Part shown: positions 43,706 through 53,077 of the stretch, in pieces
How positions within the stretch are numbered: the stretch's first letter is position 1
How the letters are laid out: each line of letters opens with the position of its first letter
Origin: an uncultured Phycisphaeraceae bacterium
GTDB lineage: Bacteria > Planctomycetota > Phycisphaerae > Phycisphaerales > UBA1924
Length of the DNA stretch: 64,000 nt
Reading direction: 5' to 3'
Assembly: GCA_964440605.1 (NCBI GenBank)
Contig: CAYTSW010000003.1
Span: forward strand, 5,421-69,420
Notes under the pieces: generated by a model
The model's input: only the letters and a program-made list of their open reading frames with translations
The model's database searches: none
Told to the model about the DNA's origin: nothing
Program-made: the position numbers and the translations under genes

Positions 43706-45868
43706 ATGGCATCAGCGCGTCAGATCGCCCGCCTCGTGGCGACGACGGGGAGCATCAGCTCCGGGGCGGTCCGCACCGCTTTGGGCAGGACCGATGTTCC
43801 CGCCGGCGGACTGGCCATCCTGCCCGAGCTCGTCGGGCTGGTGGCTGAAACGGTCGCGGTCGCGAGCCACGCCGATCGCCAGACCGTCGAACGCGTGGGC
43901 AACTTCCTCGCCCGGCTCGTGCTGCGCTACGGCACCATGCGGCGCACCCTCGAGGCCCTCGCCGCCGGACGACGCCGACACGCGCTGATTTCCACCGAGA
44001 AGGCCCACGCCTGGAGCCAGGCAATGTCCGTCTCGGCCATGGCCATCGACGGCACCCTCAGCCGACACCAGTGGCTCCGCATCCATCTCGTCCGCTGGGC
44101 CACCGAACGAGGCGACGGCCTGCTCCAGCAACTCGCCGACTACGAAGCGTGGCTCGACGGCCCGCTCTCCGGCGCCGACGGCGAAGACGAAGTCCCGCTG
44201 CTCAAGGACGCCGCTTCCGACGCCTTCGCCGACGCGACGCGGGCCCGTGGACAATCGACCACGACCGACGCGCCGAAGCCGCCCGCCGGCTCCGAGACGC
44301 GCGCTCCCGCGAAGGATCCGCCCGCGGGCGACGAGCCCGCCCGCGCCGCGTCCGACGCGGCCGTGATGGCGCCCCCGGGCGCCGAGGCCCCGGCCTCCGG
44401 CGATCTCGGCCTCGTCCGCCGCGCGCTGGCCGACAAGCGCCCGGGCGACGCGATGCTCGCCGCCATCACCGAAGACGTCCTCACAGCCGCCAAGCGCCTG
44501 CGCACGAGCGAAACGCCCTTCGACCGGCTCGTCGCCGCCATTGCCTTACGCGACTTCGTCCGCGCCGAAGGCCTCATGCCCTGCCTGCGCGAGCTCGACA
44601 AGCTCGAACGCGAGACCATCACGGGCGACCGCTTCTACTTCGAGCACCGCTTCGAAGAGGCGCTGATCCACTACCGCACCGCCCGCGCCACCCGCGACGA
44701 CCCACGCACGCGCCAGAACGTCGCCATGACCCTCCTCCGCCGCGAGCGCGGCGTCCGCGACGACAACCTCCGCGAGGCCTTCGACCTGCTCAACACCACC
44801 GTCTCCGAGCAACCCGCCGGCTCCGCCGATCGCGGCAAGGCGCTCGTCGTGCTGGGCATGTCGTGGATGCTCACCGGGGGCTCCGACCGCAGCCACGCCA
44901 TGCACGAAGCCGTGCGCTGCTTCGAGCAGGCCGGCAACATCTTCGACCAGGCGCAGCAGGCCGACTGGTGGGCCGAGTCGCGCCTCCACCTCGCCCAGGC
45001 GTGGATCGAGATGCCCACGGGCGACCGCTTCACCAACGTCGAACGCGCTATCGCGTCCCTGCGCGAGACCGCCCGCGTCTGGACACGCGACAAGCACCCC
45101 GAACGCTGGGCCAACGTGCAGAACATGATGGGCCACGCGTGGGAACGCCTGCCAACAGCCGACCGCATGCGCACCCTCGAGCAGGCCATCCGCTGCTTCA
45201 CCGCCGCCCTCGAAATCCGCACCCGCGACGCCCACGCCGTCCACTGGGCCCGGCTCCAGAACAACCTGGGCAACGCGTGGATCCAGTTCCCGGGAGGCGA
45301 CCACAAGCAGAACGTCGAGCGCGGCATCGCGTGTCACCAGTCCGCCCTCGAAGTTTGGTCCGAGCTCGATCGCCGGGGCGAGTGGGGCGCCACGCAGAGC
45401 AACTTGGGCAACGCCTGGGCCCTGCTCCCCGCCGAGGACGACGGGCGGGAAAGGAACATGCGCCGGGCCATCGCCTGCTACCGATCGGCCCTCCAGGTGC
45501 GGACCCGAGGCTCTCACCCTGCCGAGTGGGCCGCGACGCAGAACAACCTCGGCTCGGCGCTCCTTCACCTGCCCATCACCGGTCGCGGCACGAACGTCCG
45601 CGAAGCCATCGAGGCCTTCGAAGCCGCCCTGACCGTGCGCACCCGCGAGCAGATGCCCGTCGACTGGGCCCGCACCCAGGCCAACCTCGGCCTGGCCTGG
45701 AGCAAGCTGCCCGGCGACCGTGAGGACCACCTGACCGAAGCCGTCGCCTACTACGAGAGCGCGCTGGAAGTCTTCAAGCCCGACAAGCACCCCGGCGCGC
45801 ACAAGCACGTCTCCACGCGACTGCAGCGCGCCAAGGACGACCTCGCCAAGCTGGGAGCCATCCGTTGA
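43706..45868 (+). CDS. TPR-repeat protein (mirror copy)
   Basis: Mirror of 3941..6103; identical translation. Confidence 0.8.
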   Translation: MASARQIARLVATTGSISSGAVRTALGRTDVPAGGLAILPELVGLVAETVAVASHADRQTVERVGNFLARLVLRYGTMRRTLEALAAGRRRHALISTEKAHAWSQAMSVSAMAIDGTLSRHQWLRIHLVRWATERGDGLLQQLADYEAWLDGPLSGADGEDEVPLLKDAASDAFADATRARGQSTTTDAPKPPAGSETRAPAKDPPAGDEPARAASDAAVMAPPGAEAPASGDLGLVRRALADKRPGDAMLAAITEDVLTAAKRLRTSETPFDRLVAAIALRDFVRAEGLMPCLRELDKLERETITGDRFYFEHRFEEALIHYRTARATRDDPRTRQNVAMTLLRRERGVRDDNLREAFDLLNTTVSEQPAGSADRGKALVVLGMSWMLTGGSDRSHAMHEAVRCFEQAGNIFDQAQQADWWAESRLHLAQAWIEMPTGDRFTNVERAIASLRETARVWTRDKHPERWANVQNMMGHAWERLPTADRMRTLEQAIRCFTAALEIRTRDAHAVHWARLQNNLGNAWIQFPGGDHKQNVERGIACHQSALEVWSELDRRGEWGATQSNLGNAWALLPAEDDGRERNMRRAIACYRSALQVRTRGSHPAEWAATQNNLGSALLHLPITGRGTNVREAIEAFEAALTVRTREQMPVDWARTQANLGLAWSKLPGDREDHLTEAVAYYESALEVFKPDKHPGAHKHVSTRLQRAKDDLAKLGAIR

Positions 45869-46329
45869 CCACCGCCGCCGCCCGACTCTTCCTCGCCTGC
45901 GCCCTCCTCATCACCCTCACCGCCTGCCAACGCCATCGCTCGCCCGAGTACACCCCGGAGACCGGCCTCGCCGGCCACTGGGAGCTCGTCTCCATCGACG
46001 GGCAGCCCATCACCAACGCTGACCCGCGCGAGCCCGTCTCGCTCACCATCGACCCCGACGGACGCGTCAGCGGCTTCGCCGGCGTCAACCGCTACGCGTC
46101 GTCGCTCGAGAACGCCGCCCTCACCGAAGGCCGCTTCCGCCTCGGCGGCGTCGGCACCACCCGCATGGCCGGCCCCCCCGAACTCAGGCAGTTCGAAGAC
46201 CGCTACATCCAAACCCTCCAACGCGTCGATGGCTACCGCCTCACCGCCAACAAACTCACCCTCACCCGAGGCGACACCGACCGCCTCGTCTTCGAGTTGC
46301 ACGAACCACCCGCGATCAACAATCCCTGA
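45865..46329 (+). CDS. META-domain (HslJ-like) lipoprotein (mirror copy)
   Basis: Mirror of 3480..3944; identical translation. Confidence 0.75.
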   Translation: MTTAAARLFLACALLITLTACQRHRSPEYTPETGLAGHWELVSIDGQPITNADPREPVSLTIDPDGRVSGFAGVNRYASSLENAALTEGRFRLGGVGTTRMAGPPELRQFEDRYIQTLQRVDGYRLTANKLTLTRGDTDRLVFELHEPPAINNP

Positions 46330-46341
46330 ACCGAAAGCGAC

Positions 46342-46460
46342 GTGCCACGGGTTGACCGCGCAGCGGCAACCCGCGCGCCCAAGCGTCCGCTTTACGACCA
46401 GCCGGGACCACTCGCTCCGCGCCACGCGGGGGAGCACGGGTTGCAAGCAACCCGTGGCAC
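46342..46460. repeat. REP-like stem-loop pair (mirror copy)
   Basis: Mirror of 3349..3467. Confidence 0.45.
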
Positions 46461-46473
46461 GATGATCGCGCCC

Positions 46474-47898
46474 TTACCCCGGCAACAGCTCCCCGAGCCC
46501 GTCCACCGTCTGCTCGCGATCGGCGCCCACCGACACCAGCCGGATCGGCACGCCGACGTACGCCTCGATGAACTCCAGATACCCCCGCGCGGGCGTCGGC
46601 AGGTCGTCCATCGTGCGCGCACCGCTGACTTCTTCGGCGAACCCTTCGAGCGTCTCGTAGACCGGCTTGGCCCGGGACAGATCCGCGGCGTCGGGCGGGA
46701 AGCGGTCGGTGCGTACGCCGCCCAGCTCGTAGGCCGTGCACACCTTGAGCTCGTCAAACCCCGCGAGCACGTCGAGCAGCATGATCGCCAGCGCGTGGAC
46801 GCCGTTGACCATGGCGGCGTAGCGCACCGCGACGAGGTCGAGCCAGCCGCAGCGTCGCGGGCGGCCGGTGGTCGTGCCGAACTCGTTGCCCCGCTCGCGG
46901 ATCCGCGCGCCGGTGTCGTCGTGCAGCTCCGTCGGGAAGGGACCGGCGCCCACGCGTGTCCCGTACGCCTTGACCACGCCGATCACCGCGTTGATCGCCG
47001 ACCCCGGCACGCCCGTGCCCGCGGGGATGCCCAGCGCCGTCGTCGACGACGAGGTCACGAAGGGGAACGTGCCATGATCGACGTCCAGCAGCGTCGCGTT
47101 GGCCCCCTCGAAGAGCACGTGCTCGCCGCGCCGGAGCATGTCGTGCAGGAGGTACGTCGTGTCGTCGAGCTGAGGCCCGAGTCGACCCGCCACCTCACCG
47201 AGACGCTGCGCGAGCTCCGCGGCGTTCAGCGCTTCGGGCGGGGCGTTGACGATGGTGTTCCCGCCCGCCTTGAACGCGCACACGAGTTCCAGCCGCTCGC
47301 GCAGGAGCTCGGTCCTGAGCAGGTCGCCCGCGCGGATCGCCGTCGATCGCGCCGCCTTCTCGGCGTACGCCGGCCCGATGCCGCGCCGCGTCGTCCCGAT
47401 CGCGCCCGACGTGGGCTTGCTCGGCCCCTGCTTGGCCGGGTCATCGAGCATCACCTCGCGCGAGGCGTCTTCCGCCTGGTGGTAGGGCATCACCAGATGC
47501 GCGCGATCGGAGATCGACAGGCGCGTCAGGTCCGCCCCCGCGCCCGCCAGCGCGTCGATCTCGCGCACGAGCGTGAACGGGTCGATCACCACGCCGTTGG
47601 CGATCACCGGGCGCGAGCCCTTGTTGAAGACGCCCGAGGGGATCAGGTGCACCGAGTGACGCTTGCCCCCGAAGACGATCGAGTGCCCGGCGTTGGCCCC
47701 GCCGTTGTATCGGACCACCGCCTGAAAGCGCGGGGCGATGGCGTCGATCACCTTGCCTTTACCCTCGTCGCCCCACTGAAGACCCACCACCGCGACGCCG
47801 CGCCCTGTGATCGCGGCCGTCAATCGGGGCGCCGGGCGTGCCAGATGGTCGCTCGGGCGGGGCTCGGATGATCCATGGTCGGCGGGAAGGTCTGACAT
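46474..47898 (-). CDS. purA: Adenylosuccinate synthetase (mirror copy)
   Basis: Mirror of 1911..3335; identical translation. Confidence 0.95.
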   Translation of the reverse strand: MSDLPADHGSSEPRPSDHLARPAPRLTAAITGRGVAVVGLQWGDEGKGKVIDAIAPRFQAVVRYNGGANAGHSIVFGGKRHSVHLIPSGVFNKGSRPVIANGVVIDPFTLVREIDALAGAGADLTRLSISDRAHLVMPYHQAEDASREVMLDDPAKQGPSKPTSGAIGTTRRGIGPAYAEKAARSTAIRAGDLLRTELLRERLELVCAFKAGGNTIVNAPPEALNAAELAQRLGEVAGRLGPQLDDTTYLLHDMLRRGEHVLFEGANATLLDVDHGTFPFVTSSSTTALGIPAGTGVPGSAINAVIGVVKAYGTRVGAGPFPTELHDDTGARIRERGNEFGTTTGRPRRCGWLDLVAVRYAAMVNGVHALAIMLLDVLAGFDELKVCTAYELGGVRTDRFPPDAADLSRAKPVYETLEGFAEEVSGARTMDDLPTPARGYLEFIEAYVGVPIRLVSVGADREQTVDGLGELLPG

Positions 47899-48079
47899 AA
47901 GCGGTACGCAAACGCCCGTGGAGCGGTGGATTGTGCGGCCGGGCCACCAACGCGCCCGCGACTCGGCGTGAAGCACGCGGCCTCGCGCTCCGATGACCCA
48001 CATGCAACGCGAGCATAGCGGCGGGAGCCCGGTCCGGTCAGGCTGTCCGCTCCGCACACCACCCCGCTCGGGAGCCGCC

Positions 48080-48256
48080 ATGGATCAGGCGAACGCCGTC
48101 AGGATGATGTGTCCCAACCTCAAGTGCCGCGCCGTCCTTGCGGTCCCCGTCGAGGCGCGTGGGCGGCTTATCCGCTGTCGCAACTGCGGGAGCAAGATCA
48201 TGGTCCCGCAAAAGGCGGCGCCCAAGGCCCAACCCGCCAAGCCCGACGCCGCCTGA
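48080..48256 (+). CDS. Small zinc-ribbon protein (mirror copy)
   Basis: Mirror of 1553..1729. Confidence 0.45.
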   Translation: MDQANAVRMMCPNLKCRAVLAVPVEARGRLIRCRNCGSKIMVPQKAAPKAQPAKPDAA

Positions 48257-48276
48257 CCGGCGCGAGCGCCACGCAT

Positions 48277-48840
48277 TCACAGTTTCGGGTTCTCGTCATC
48301 CTCGAAGTCGAAGTCGAAATCGAAGACGCTGCTGTCTTCCGCGTTGCCTTTGAGCAGGCTGCCCATGCCCGTCTCGCGCGCGATCGTCTCGTCCAGGTCG
48401 GTGTCCGCGTGCGAAGCCCCCGAGTCGTCGTCGCTCGAATCCGCGACCGTCGGCGAGCCCGCGGGAGGCGTCGCCTCCATGTCGACGTCGCCCCCACCGC
48501 CCGCCGGCGCATCCACCTGCGCCGGCTCGCCGTTGATCTGCACGACGATCTGCACCGGCCCCACCGCCAGCGTGTCGCCCGCTTGCAGCTCGGCCTCGTC
48601 TTCAATCCGCTGGCTGTTGCGGTACGTCCCGTTCGCCGAGCCCAGATCCTTCACCCGCAGCGTGCTCTGCTCGCAGATCAACTCGCAGTGCTGACGCGAC
48701 ACCGAGGGCAGCGGGATCCGCAGCGAAGCGTTGTGGTGCCGACCCACTACGTACCGACCGACCTTCAAGCCGAGCGTCTTCTTGCTGCCATCGGCCTTGA
48801 AGACGATGAGTCGAATCGCGGACTGGACCTGATCGGGCAT
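48277..48840 (-). CDS. FHA-domain protein (mirror copy)
   Basis: Mirror of 969..1532; identical translation. Confidence 0.8.
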   Translation of the reverse strand: MPDQVQSAIRLIVFKADGSKKTLGLKVGRYVVGRHHNASLRIPLPSVSRQHCELICEQSTLRVKDLGSANGTYRNSQRIEDEAELQAGDTLAVGPVQIVVQINGEPAQVDAPAGGGGDVDMEATPPAGSPTVADSSDDDSGASHADTDLDETIARETGMGSLLKGNAEDSSVFDFDFDFEDDENPKL

Positions 48841-48920
48841 GGGCGGGTCTATCCTCTGTTCATTCCTGCCTCGCGAGAGGCGGTCGCGACGGCCTCCGGA
48901 AGGTAGGGAGCCCGGCGAGC

Positions 48921-50231
48921 ATGACCCCCCAAACTACCGACATCACGGTCAACGGGCAATCCGCGCCGGCAGAAGCCGCAGCCGGCCCGACGCCGACCGC
49001 CCTCACCCCCCTTCAGGCGCTCCAGACGCCCCCGCGTTCGCTCTACATCCACATTCCGTTCTGCTTTCACAAGTGCCACTACTGCGATTTCTACAGCTTC
49101 GTCGACTCCCGGGATCGCCAGGAAGCCTTCACCAACACCCTCATCCGCGAACTCGACACCCTCGCCGAGCACACCAGCCGAGCCGCTGACCGCTCTCGCC
49201 CGCCCCTCGACACACTCTTCGTCGGCGGCGGCACGCCCACCCTGCTCCGCACCCCTCTCTGGCAACGCCTCCTCGACGCGCTCCACCAGCGGTTCACCAT
49301 CACCCCGGACGCCGAGTGGACCGTCGAGTGCAACCCCGAGACCGCGACACCCGAGTTGATGGAAACGCTCGCCGCCGGCGGCGTCAACCGCCTGAGCATC
49401 GGCGCCCAGACCTTTAACCCGCGCCATCTCAAGACCCTCGAGCGCTGGCACGACCCCGCCAGCGTCCCCAAGGCGTTGCAGATCGCCCGCGAGGCCAACA
49501 TCAACCGCCTGAGCCTCGACCTCATCTTCGCGATCCCGGGCCAGACGATGGACGAATGGCTCGCCGACCTCCGGGCCGCCATCGACCTCGGCTCAGGCCA
49601 CATCTCGGCCTACGCCCTGACGTACGAGCCCAACACCGCGATGACCAAGCGCCTCGAGCGCGGCGACTTCGACCCCGCCGACGAAGACCTCGAAGCCGAC
49701 ATGTACGAAGCCACCGTCGAGGCGCTCGCGGCGAGCGGCTTTGCGCGGTATGAGGTGAGCAACTTCGCCCGCAACGACGCCGACGGCTGCCCCTGCGCGC
49801 ACAACCTCGCCTATTGGCGCAACCACCAGTGGCTCGCCGCCGGCCCCTCGGCCTCGGGTCACCTGGCCGGCTGGCGTTGGAAGAACATCCCCAACCTCAC
49901 CCGCTGGATGCACGGCGTGCACTCCACGGGCGCTTCACCCGCCATCGACCTCGAGCCACCCGACCCGAGGCGCGCGCTGGCCGAGCGCATCATGACCGGC
50001 TTGCGCTTGACGGAGGGGCTCGAAGTGGCCGAACTCCAAGCCACCGCGACGCCGCTCGACGCCTGGCCCGCCCTCGAACGCCGCGCCCAACTCTGGACCG
50101 ACCGCGGCCTGCTCACCCGCACCCCGACCCATTGGCGCCTCACCAACCAAGGCTGGCTCCAAGCCGACGGCATCGCCAGCGACCTGATGAGCACGCTCGA
50201 CCTTGAGCAACCAACCGACGCGTGCCACTGA
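48921..50231 (+). CDS. hemW: Radical-SAM heme chaperone HemW / oxygen-independent coproporphyrinogen-III-oxidase-like protein (complete copy)
   Basis: 436 aa. LYIHIPFCFHKCHYCDFYS radical-SAM cluster motif and a HemN-like body. Only 48921..49808 is demonstrably inside the palindrome, because the window starts at the mirror of 49808. Confidence 0.9.
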   Translation: MTPQTTDITVNGQSAPAEAAAGPTPTALTPLQALQTPPRSLYIHIPFCFHKCHYCDFYSFVDSRDRQEAFTNTLIRELDTLAEHTSRAADRSRPPLDTLFVGGGTPTLLRTPLWQRLLDALHQRFTITPDAEWTVECNPETATPELMETLAAGGVNRLSIGAQTFNPRHLKTLERWHDPASVPKALQIAREANINRLSLDLIFAIPGQTMDEWLADLRAAIDLGSGHISAYALTYEPNTAMTKRLERGDFDPADEDLEADMYEATVEALAASGFARYEVSNFARNDADGCPCAHNLAYWRNHQWLAAGPSASGHLAGWRWKNIPNLTRWMHGVHSTGASPAIDLEPPDPRRALAERIMTGLRLTEGLEVAELQATATPLDAWPALERRAQLWTDRGLLTRTPTHWRLTNQGWLQADGIASDLMSTLDLEQPTDACH

Positions 50232-50298
50232 CCCGGCTTTGCGGGTCAGTGCTTCGACGGGCACCAAGCACACTGACCCCGCAAAGCCGGGTCAGTGG
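50225..50298. repeat. Inverted pair of REP-like hairpins overlapping the hemW stop codon
   Basis: Arm 1, CCACTGACCCGGCTTTGCGGGTCAGTG (50225..50251), is itself a hairpin (CACTGACCCG / CGGGTCAGTG). Arm 2 (50271..50298) is its reverse complement with one extra base. The spacer is 19 nt. Confidence 0.55.
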
Positions 50299-50341
50299 TA
50301 CCCAAACCCTCTTCCCCCACTGCCTCCACCCTGCCTCTTTT

Positions 50342-50383
50342 CCGTGTCCTCCGTACCCTCCGTTTCTCCGTGTACTGCCTTTC
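50342..50383. repeat. Copy A of a conserved 42-nt intergenic element (purine-rich on the minus strand)
   Basis: ccgtgtcctccgtaccctccgtttctccgtgtactgcctttc matches 53034..53075 at 36/42 positions. The minus strand reads cACGGAGaaACGGAGggtACGGAGgacACGG. Confidence 0.6.
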
Positions 50384-50390
50384 GGAAACC

Positions 50391-50422
50391 CCAAAAACAA
50401 ACAAGCCGCCCATCGGCGGCTT
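50391..50422 (-). terminator. Rho-independent terminator of rpmA
   Basis: Hairpin AAGCCGCC-CATC-GGCGGCTT (50403..50422), followed on the minus strand by GTTTGTTTTTGGGG. Confidence 0.75.
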
Positions 50423-50449
50423 GATCATCGATTACCAAATCCAGCAGGC

Positions 50450-50761
50450 TCACGCCGCGCCGGACTTCTCCGTTTTGCGGTTCGCCAGGTCCGTCACGTA
50501 GAACGGGCGGGGCGAGGCGTCGTCGGCGGGGAGCAGGTGGACCTTCCGCCCGTCCCACAGCACGGTGCCTTCACAGAGGGCGAAGAGCGTGTCGTCCTTG
50601 CCGCGGCCGACCTGGAAGCCGGGGACCCACTTCGTTCCGTTCTGGCGCACGAGGATGGAGCCGGCGGTGGCCCGCTCGCCGCAATACTTCTTGACGCCCA
50701 GGTACTGCGGGTTGGAGTCGCGCCCGTTCTTCGACGAGCCCTGTCCCTTTTTGTGCGCCAT
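50450..50761 (-). CDS. rpmA: 50S ribosomal protein L27
   Basis: [29 protein letters not shown]...[25 protein letters not shown] is the canonical L27 sequence. 103 aa with a C-terminal extension. Confidence 0.95.
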   Translation of the reverse strand: MAHKKGQGSSKNGRDSNPQYLGVKKYCGERATAGSILVRQNGTKWVPGFQVGRGKDDTLFALCEGTVLWDGRKVHLLPADDASPRPFYVTDLANRKTEKSGAA

Positions 50762-50888
50762 GACGAACCTCGGTGATGCAGCGGGGAGAGGCGGACCCGG
50801 ACGGGTCAGCAGACAGCCGCCGGGTTCACGCCCGGCCGGGCGGAGAGTCTAGCCGCGGATCTCGCGGGTTCAAGCGGCCGACCGATCC

Positions 50889-51620
50889 TTACCCTTCCGC
50901 CCGCAGGAAGCACCCCCGCAGCCGGAGCACCGGCGGGCGGTTGCCGTCCTGGAAGGCATCGACCGCCCGCTCCGGCGTCAGCCCCACCGCGCGGAAGACG
51001 CCCTCGAACTCTCCTTGGGTGAAGGGGAAGGGCGGGCCCTTCACCTCGTCCAGCGGCTCGTCGGCCTCGCGGCCGCGGGCGATCGCCAAGACGCGGCCGT
51101 GCGGGGCGATGAGCTCCGCGACGCCCGCCGCCAACTCCTCGCGGTACCGCGGCGGCAGGGCCTGAAGCGTGTGGATCTCCACCGCCAGGTCGAATCGGTG
51201 CCGCCATCGGCTCGGCAAATTCCGCAGGTCGGCGACGTGGACGTTGCCCGCGAGGGTCGGATGCAGTCGCTGGGCGGCTTCCACGGCCGCGGCGCTGGCG
51301 TCGAAGGCCGTCACGTCGTATCCACGTTCGGCCAAGGCCGCGGCGTCATGCCCCAGGCCGCAGCCCACCACCGCCACCCGCGCCCCGCAGCGGATCAGCC
51401 CGCTCGCCCGGGCGTTCAACCACGCGACCAGCGCCGGGTTAGCCCGGGCGTGGCTCCACGGGATCCGCGCCGGGTCGCCCGCGGCGTCGGCGTAGACCTC
51501 CTCTACGACCCGCAGCGCCTCCTCGATGGTCGTCTCGGCGCCGATCGCGCGGGTCAGCCGCTCGCGAGCCGCGGCGTCGGGCAGATCGGCGGTGGCGGGA
51601 GAGGGGGGCGTGTGGGCCAT
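50889..51620 (-). CDS. Class I SAM-dependent methyltransferase
   Basis: ATG 51620 with GGAGG 7 nt upstream. Motif I is VAVVGCGLGHDA, followed by YDVTAFDAS. 243 aa. Confidence 0.8.
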   Translation of the reverse strand: MAHTPPSPATADLPDAAARERLTRAIGAETTIEEALRVVEEVYADAAGDPARIPWSHARANPALVAWLNARASGLIRCGARVAVVGCGLGHDAAALAERGYDVTAFDASAAAVEAAQRLHPTLAGNVHVADLRNLPSRWRHRFDLAVEIHTLQALPPRYREELAAGVAELIAPHGRVLAIARGREADEPLDEVKGPPFPFTQGEFEGVFRAVGLTPERAVDAFQDGNRPPVLRLRGCFLRAEG

Positions 51621-51747
51621 GGCGTCGCCTCCGGATGAATGCGTGGTCCGCGGCCGCGGCCCGCGCCACACCCAACCTACCTTCCATCCGCCGAATCGCC
51701 CAACGGAAAACTGGGCAATCCGGCTGGCCGACCCGATCACATCCCGA

Positions 51748-53016
51748 TCACCCGGCCTGTTCCGGGGAGGCGTGGGCCCCCGTCGACGCGTAGATGTCGT
51801 ACGAGAGCAGGCGGCACGGCAGTTGGGCGTTGTTGAAGGGCAGCCAGCGGTCGGCCTTCAAGCCAACGCGTTTGGCCAGTTCGCGCGAGCCGGTGAAGAC
51901 GTGGCCCGTCCAGCCCGGGCAGCGCTGTTTGAAGAAGTCGCCGATGCGGGCGTAGGTCTGTTCGAGCTCGTCGTGCTCGCCCATGCGCTCGCCGTACTCC
52001 GGGTTGAGGATCACGTCGCCGGGCGATTCGGGGATGGGCGTGTCGGCGAAGTCGCAGACGCGAAACTCGATCAGATGGTCCACGCCCGCGGCCTGGGCGT
52101 TCTTCTTCGCCGCTTCGACCGCCTTGGGATCGTGATCCGTCGCGATGATCGGCGCGGGGTCGGCGCTGCGCTTGTCCTTGTGCGCCGAGCGGCGCGCCTC
52201 GGCCCATCGTTCTTCGACATCCAGCGTCGTGTGCAGGAAGGAGTAGCCCGAGCGCAGCAGCCCCGGCGCACGCCCGGTGCCGATGAGCGCGGCTTCGATC
52301 GCCAGCGTCCCCGCGCCGCACATCGGGTTCACCAGCGGGCGCGAGCCGTCGTACCCGATGCCCAGCAGCACCGCGGCCGCCAGCGTCTCGCGCATCGGCG
52401 CGAGGTGCGGGATGCGCCGATACCCCCGGTCAGCGAGCCAGCGCCCCGTCGTGTTGAGGTACACCCACGCGCGGTCGCCCTTCCAGTACAGGTGGATCAC
52501 CAGCTTCGACTTGTCGGCGCCCGAGTCGGGCCGACGCCCGGTCTGCTTGGTCATGCGGTCGACGATGGCGTCCTTGAGCACGAGGTTGGGGTACATCGAG
52601 TTGTTGATCTTGGGGTTGTCGACGTTGGAGGTGATGCTGAAGTAGCCGTCGGCGGGGGCGAGCGACTCCCAAGGGTAGGACGAAGCGTGCGTGTACAACG
52701 CCTTGGGCGAGGGGCAACGGAAGCGCGTGAGCATCCACATGACATGCAGCCCCGTGCGCAGGCGCAGGTTCAGCGCCATGCACTCGGCCAGCGTCGCGCC
52801 GACGCTGACCGAGACCGCGTCGTCTTCCTGGACCTCGAGACCGAGCGCCTCGACCTCTCGACGCAGGTGGGGCGTGACATGCTCGGAGCAGGTGATGCGA
52901 GTCAACGCCCGCTTGTCAGGGTTGGCAGCCTTCACGCCGGACGATACGACGTGTTCCTTGATGGACCAACGCACCGGCGGCAAGCCGCCGGTGGCATCCA
53001 CGCGCGCACGCTTCAA
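51748..53016 (-). CDS. THUMP-domain class I SAM-dependent RNA methyltransferase (RlmL/YpsC-like, COG0116-type)
   Basis: Motifs NPMCGAGTLAIEAAL and VILNPEYGERMG (NPPY-type). N-terminal THUMP-like region. The TTG start at 53016 follows GGGGAGGGG; the start is uncertain (GTG alternatives at 52974 and 52935). Confidence 0.8.
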   Translation of the reverse strand: MKRARVDATGGLPPVRWSIKEHVVSSGVKAANPDKRALTRITCSEHVTPHLRREVEALGLEVQEDDAVSVSVGATLAECMALNLRLRTGLHVMWMLTRFRCPSPKALYTHASSYPWESLAPADGYFSITSNVDNPKINNSMYPNLVLKDAIVDRMTKQTGRRPDSGADKSKLVIHLYWKGDRAWVYLNTTGRWLADRGYRRIPHLAPMRETLAAAVLLGIGYDGSRPLVNPMCGAGTLAIEAALIGTGRAPGLLRSGYSFLHTTLDVEERWAEARRSAHKDKRSADPAPIIATDHDPKAVEAAKKNAQAAGVDHLIEFRVCDFADTPIPESPGDVILNPEYGERMGEHDELEQTYARIGDFFKQRCPGWTGHVFTGSRELAKRVGLKADRWLPFNNAQLPCRLLSYDIYASTGAHASPEQAG

Positions 53017-53033
53017 ACCCCTCCCCTTCTTCT

Positions 53034-53075
53034 CCGTGTCCTCTGTCCTCTCCGTTCCTCCGTGTACCGCCTTCC
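53034..53075. repeat. Copy B of the conserved 42-nt intergenic element
   Basis: ccgtgtcctctgtcctctccgttcctccgtgtaccgccttcc lies between the VWA stop (53078) and the methyltransferase start (53016). Confidence 0.6.
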
Positions 53076-53077
53076 CT

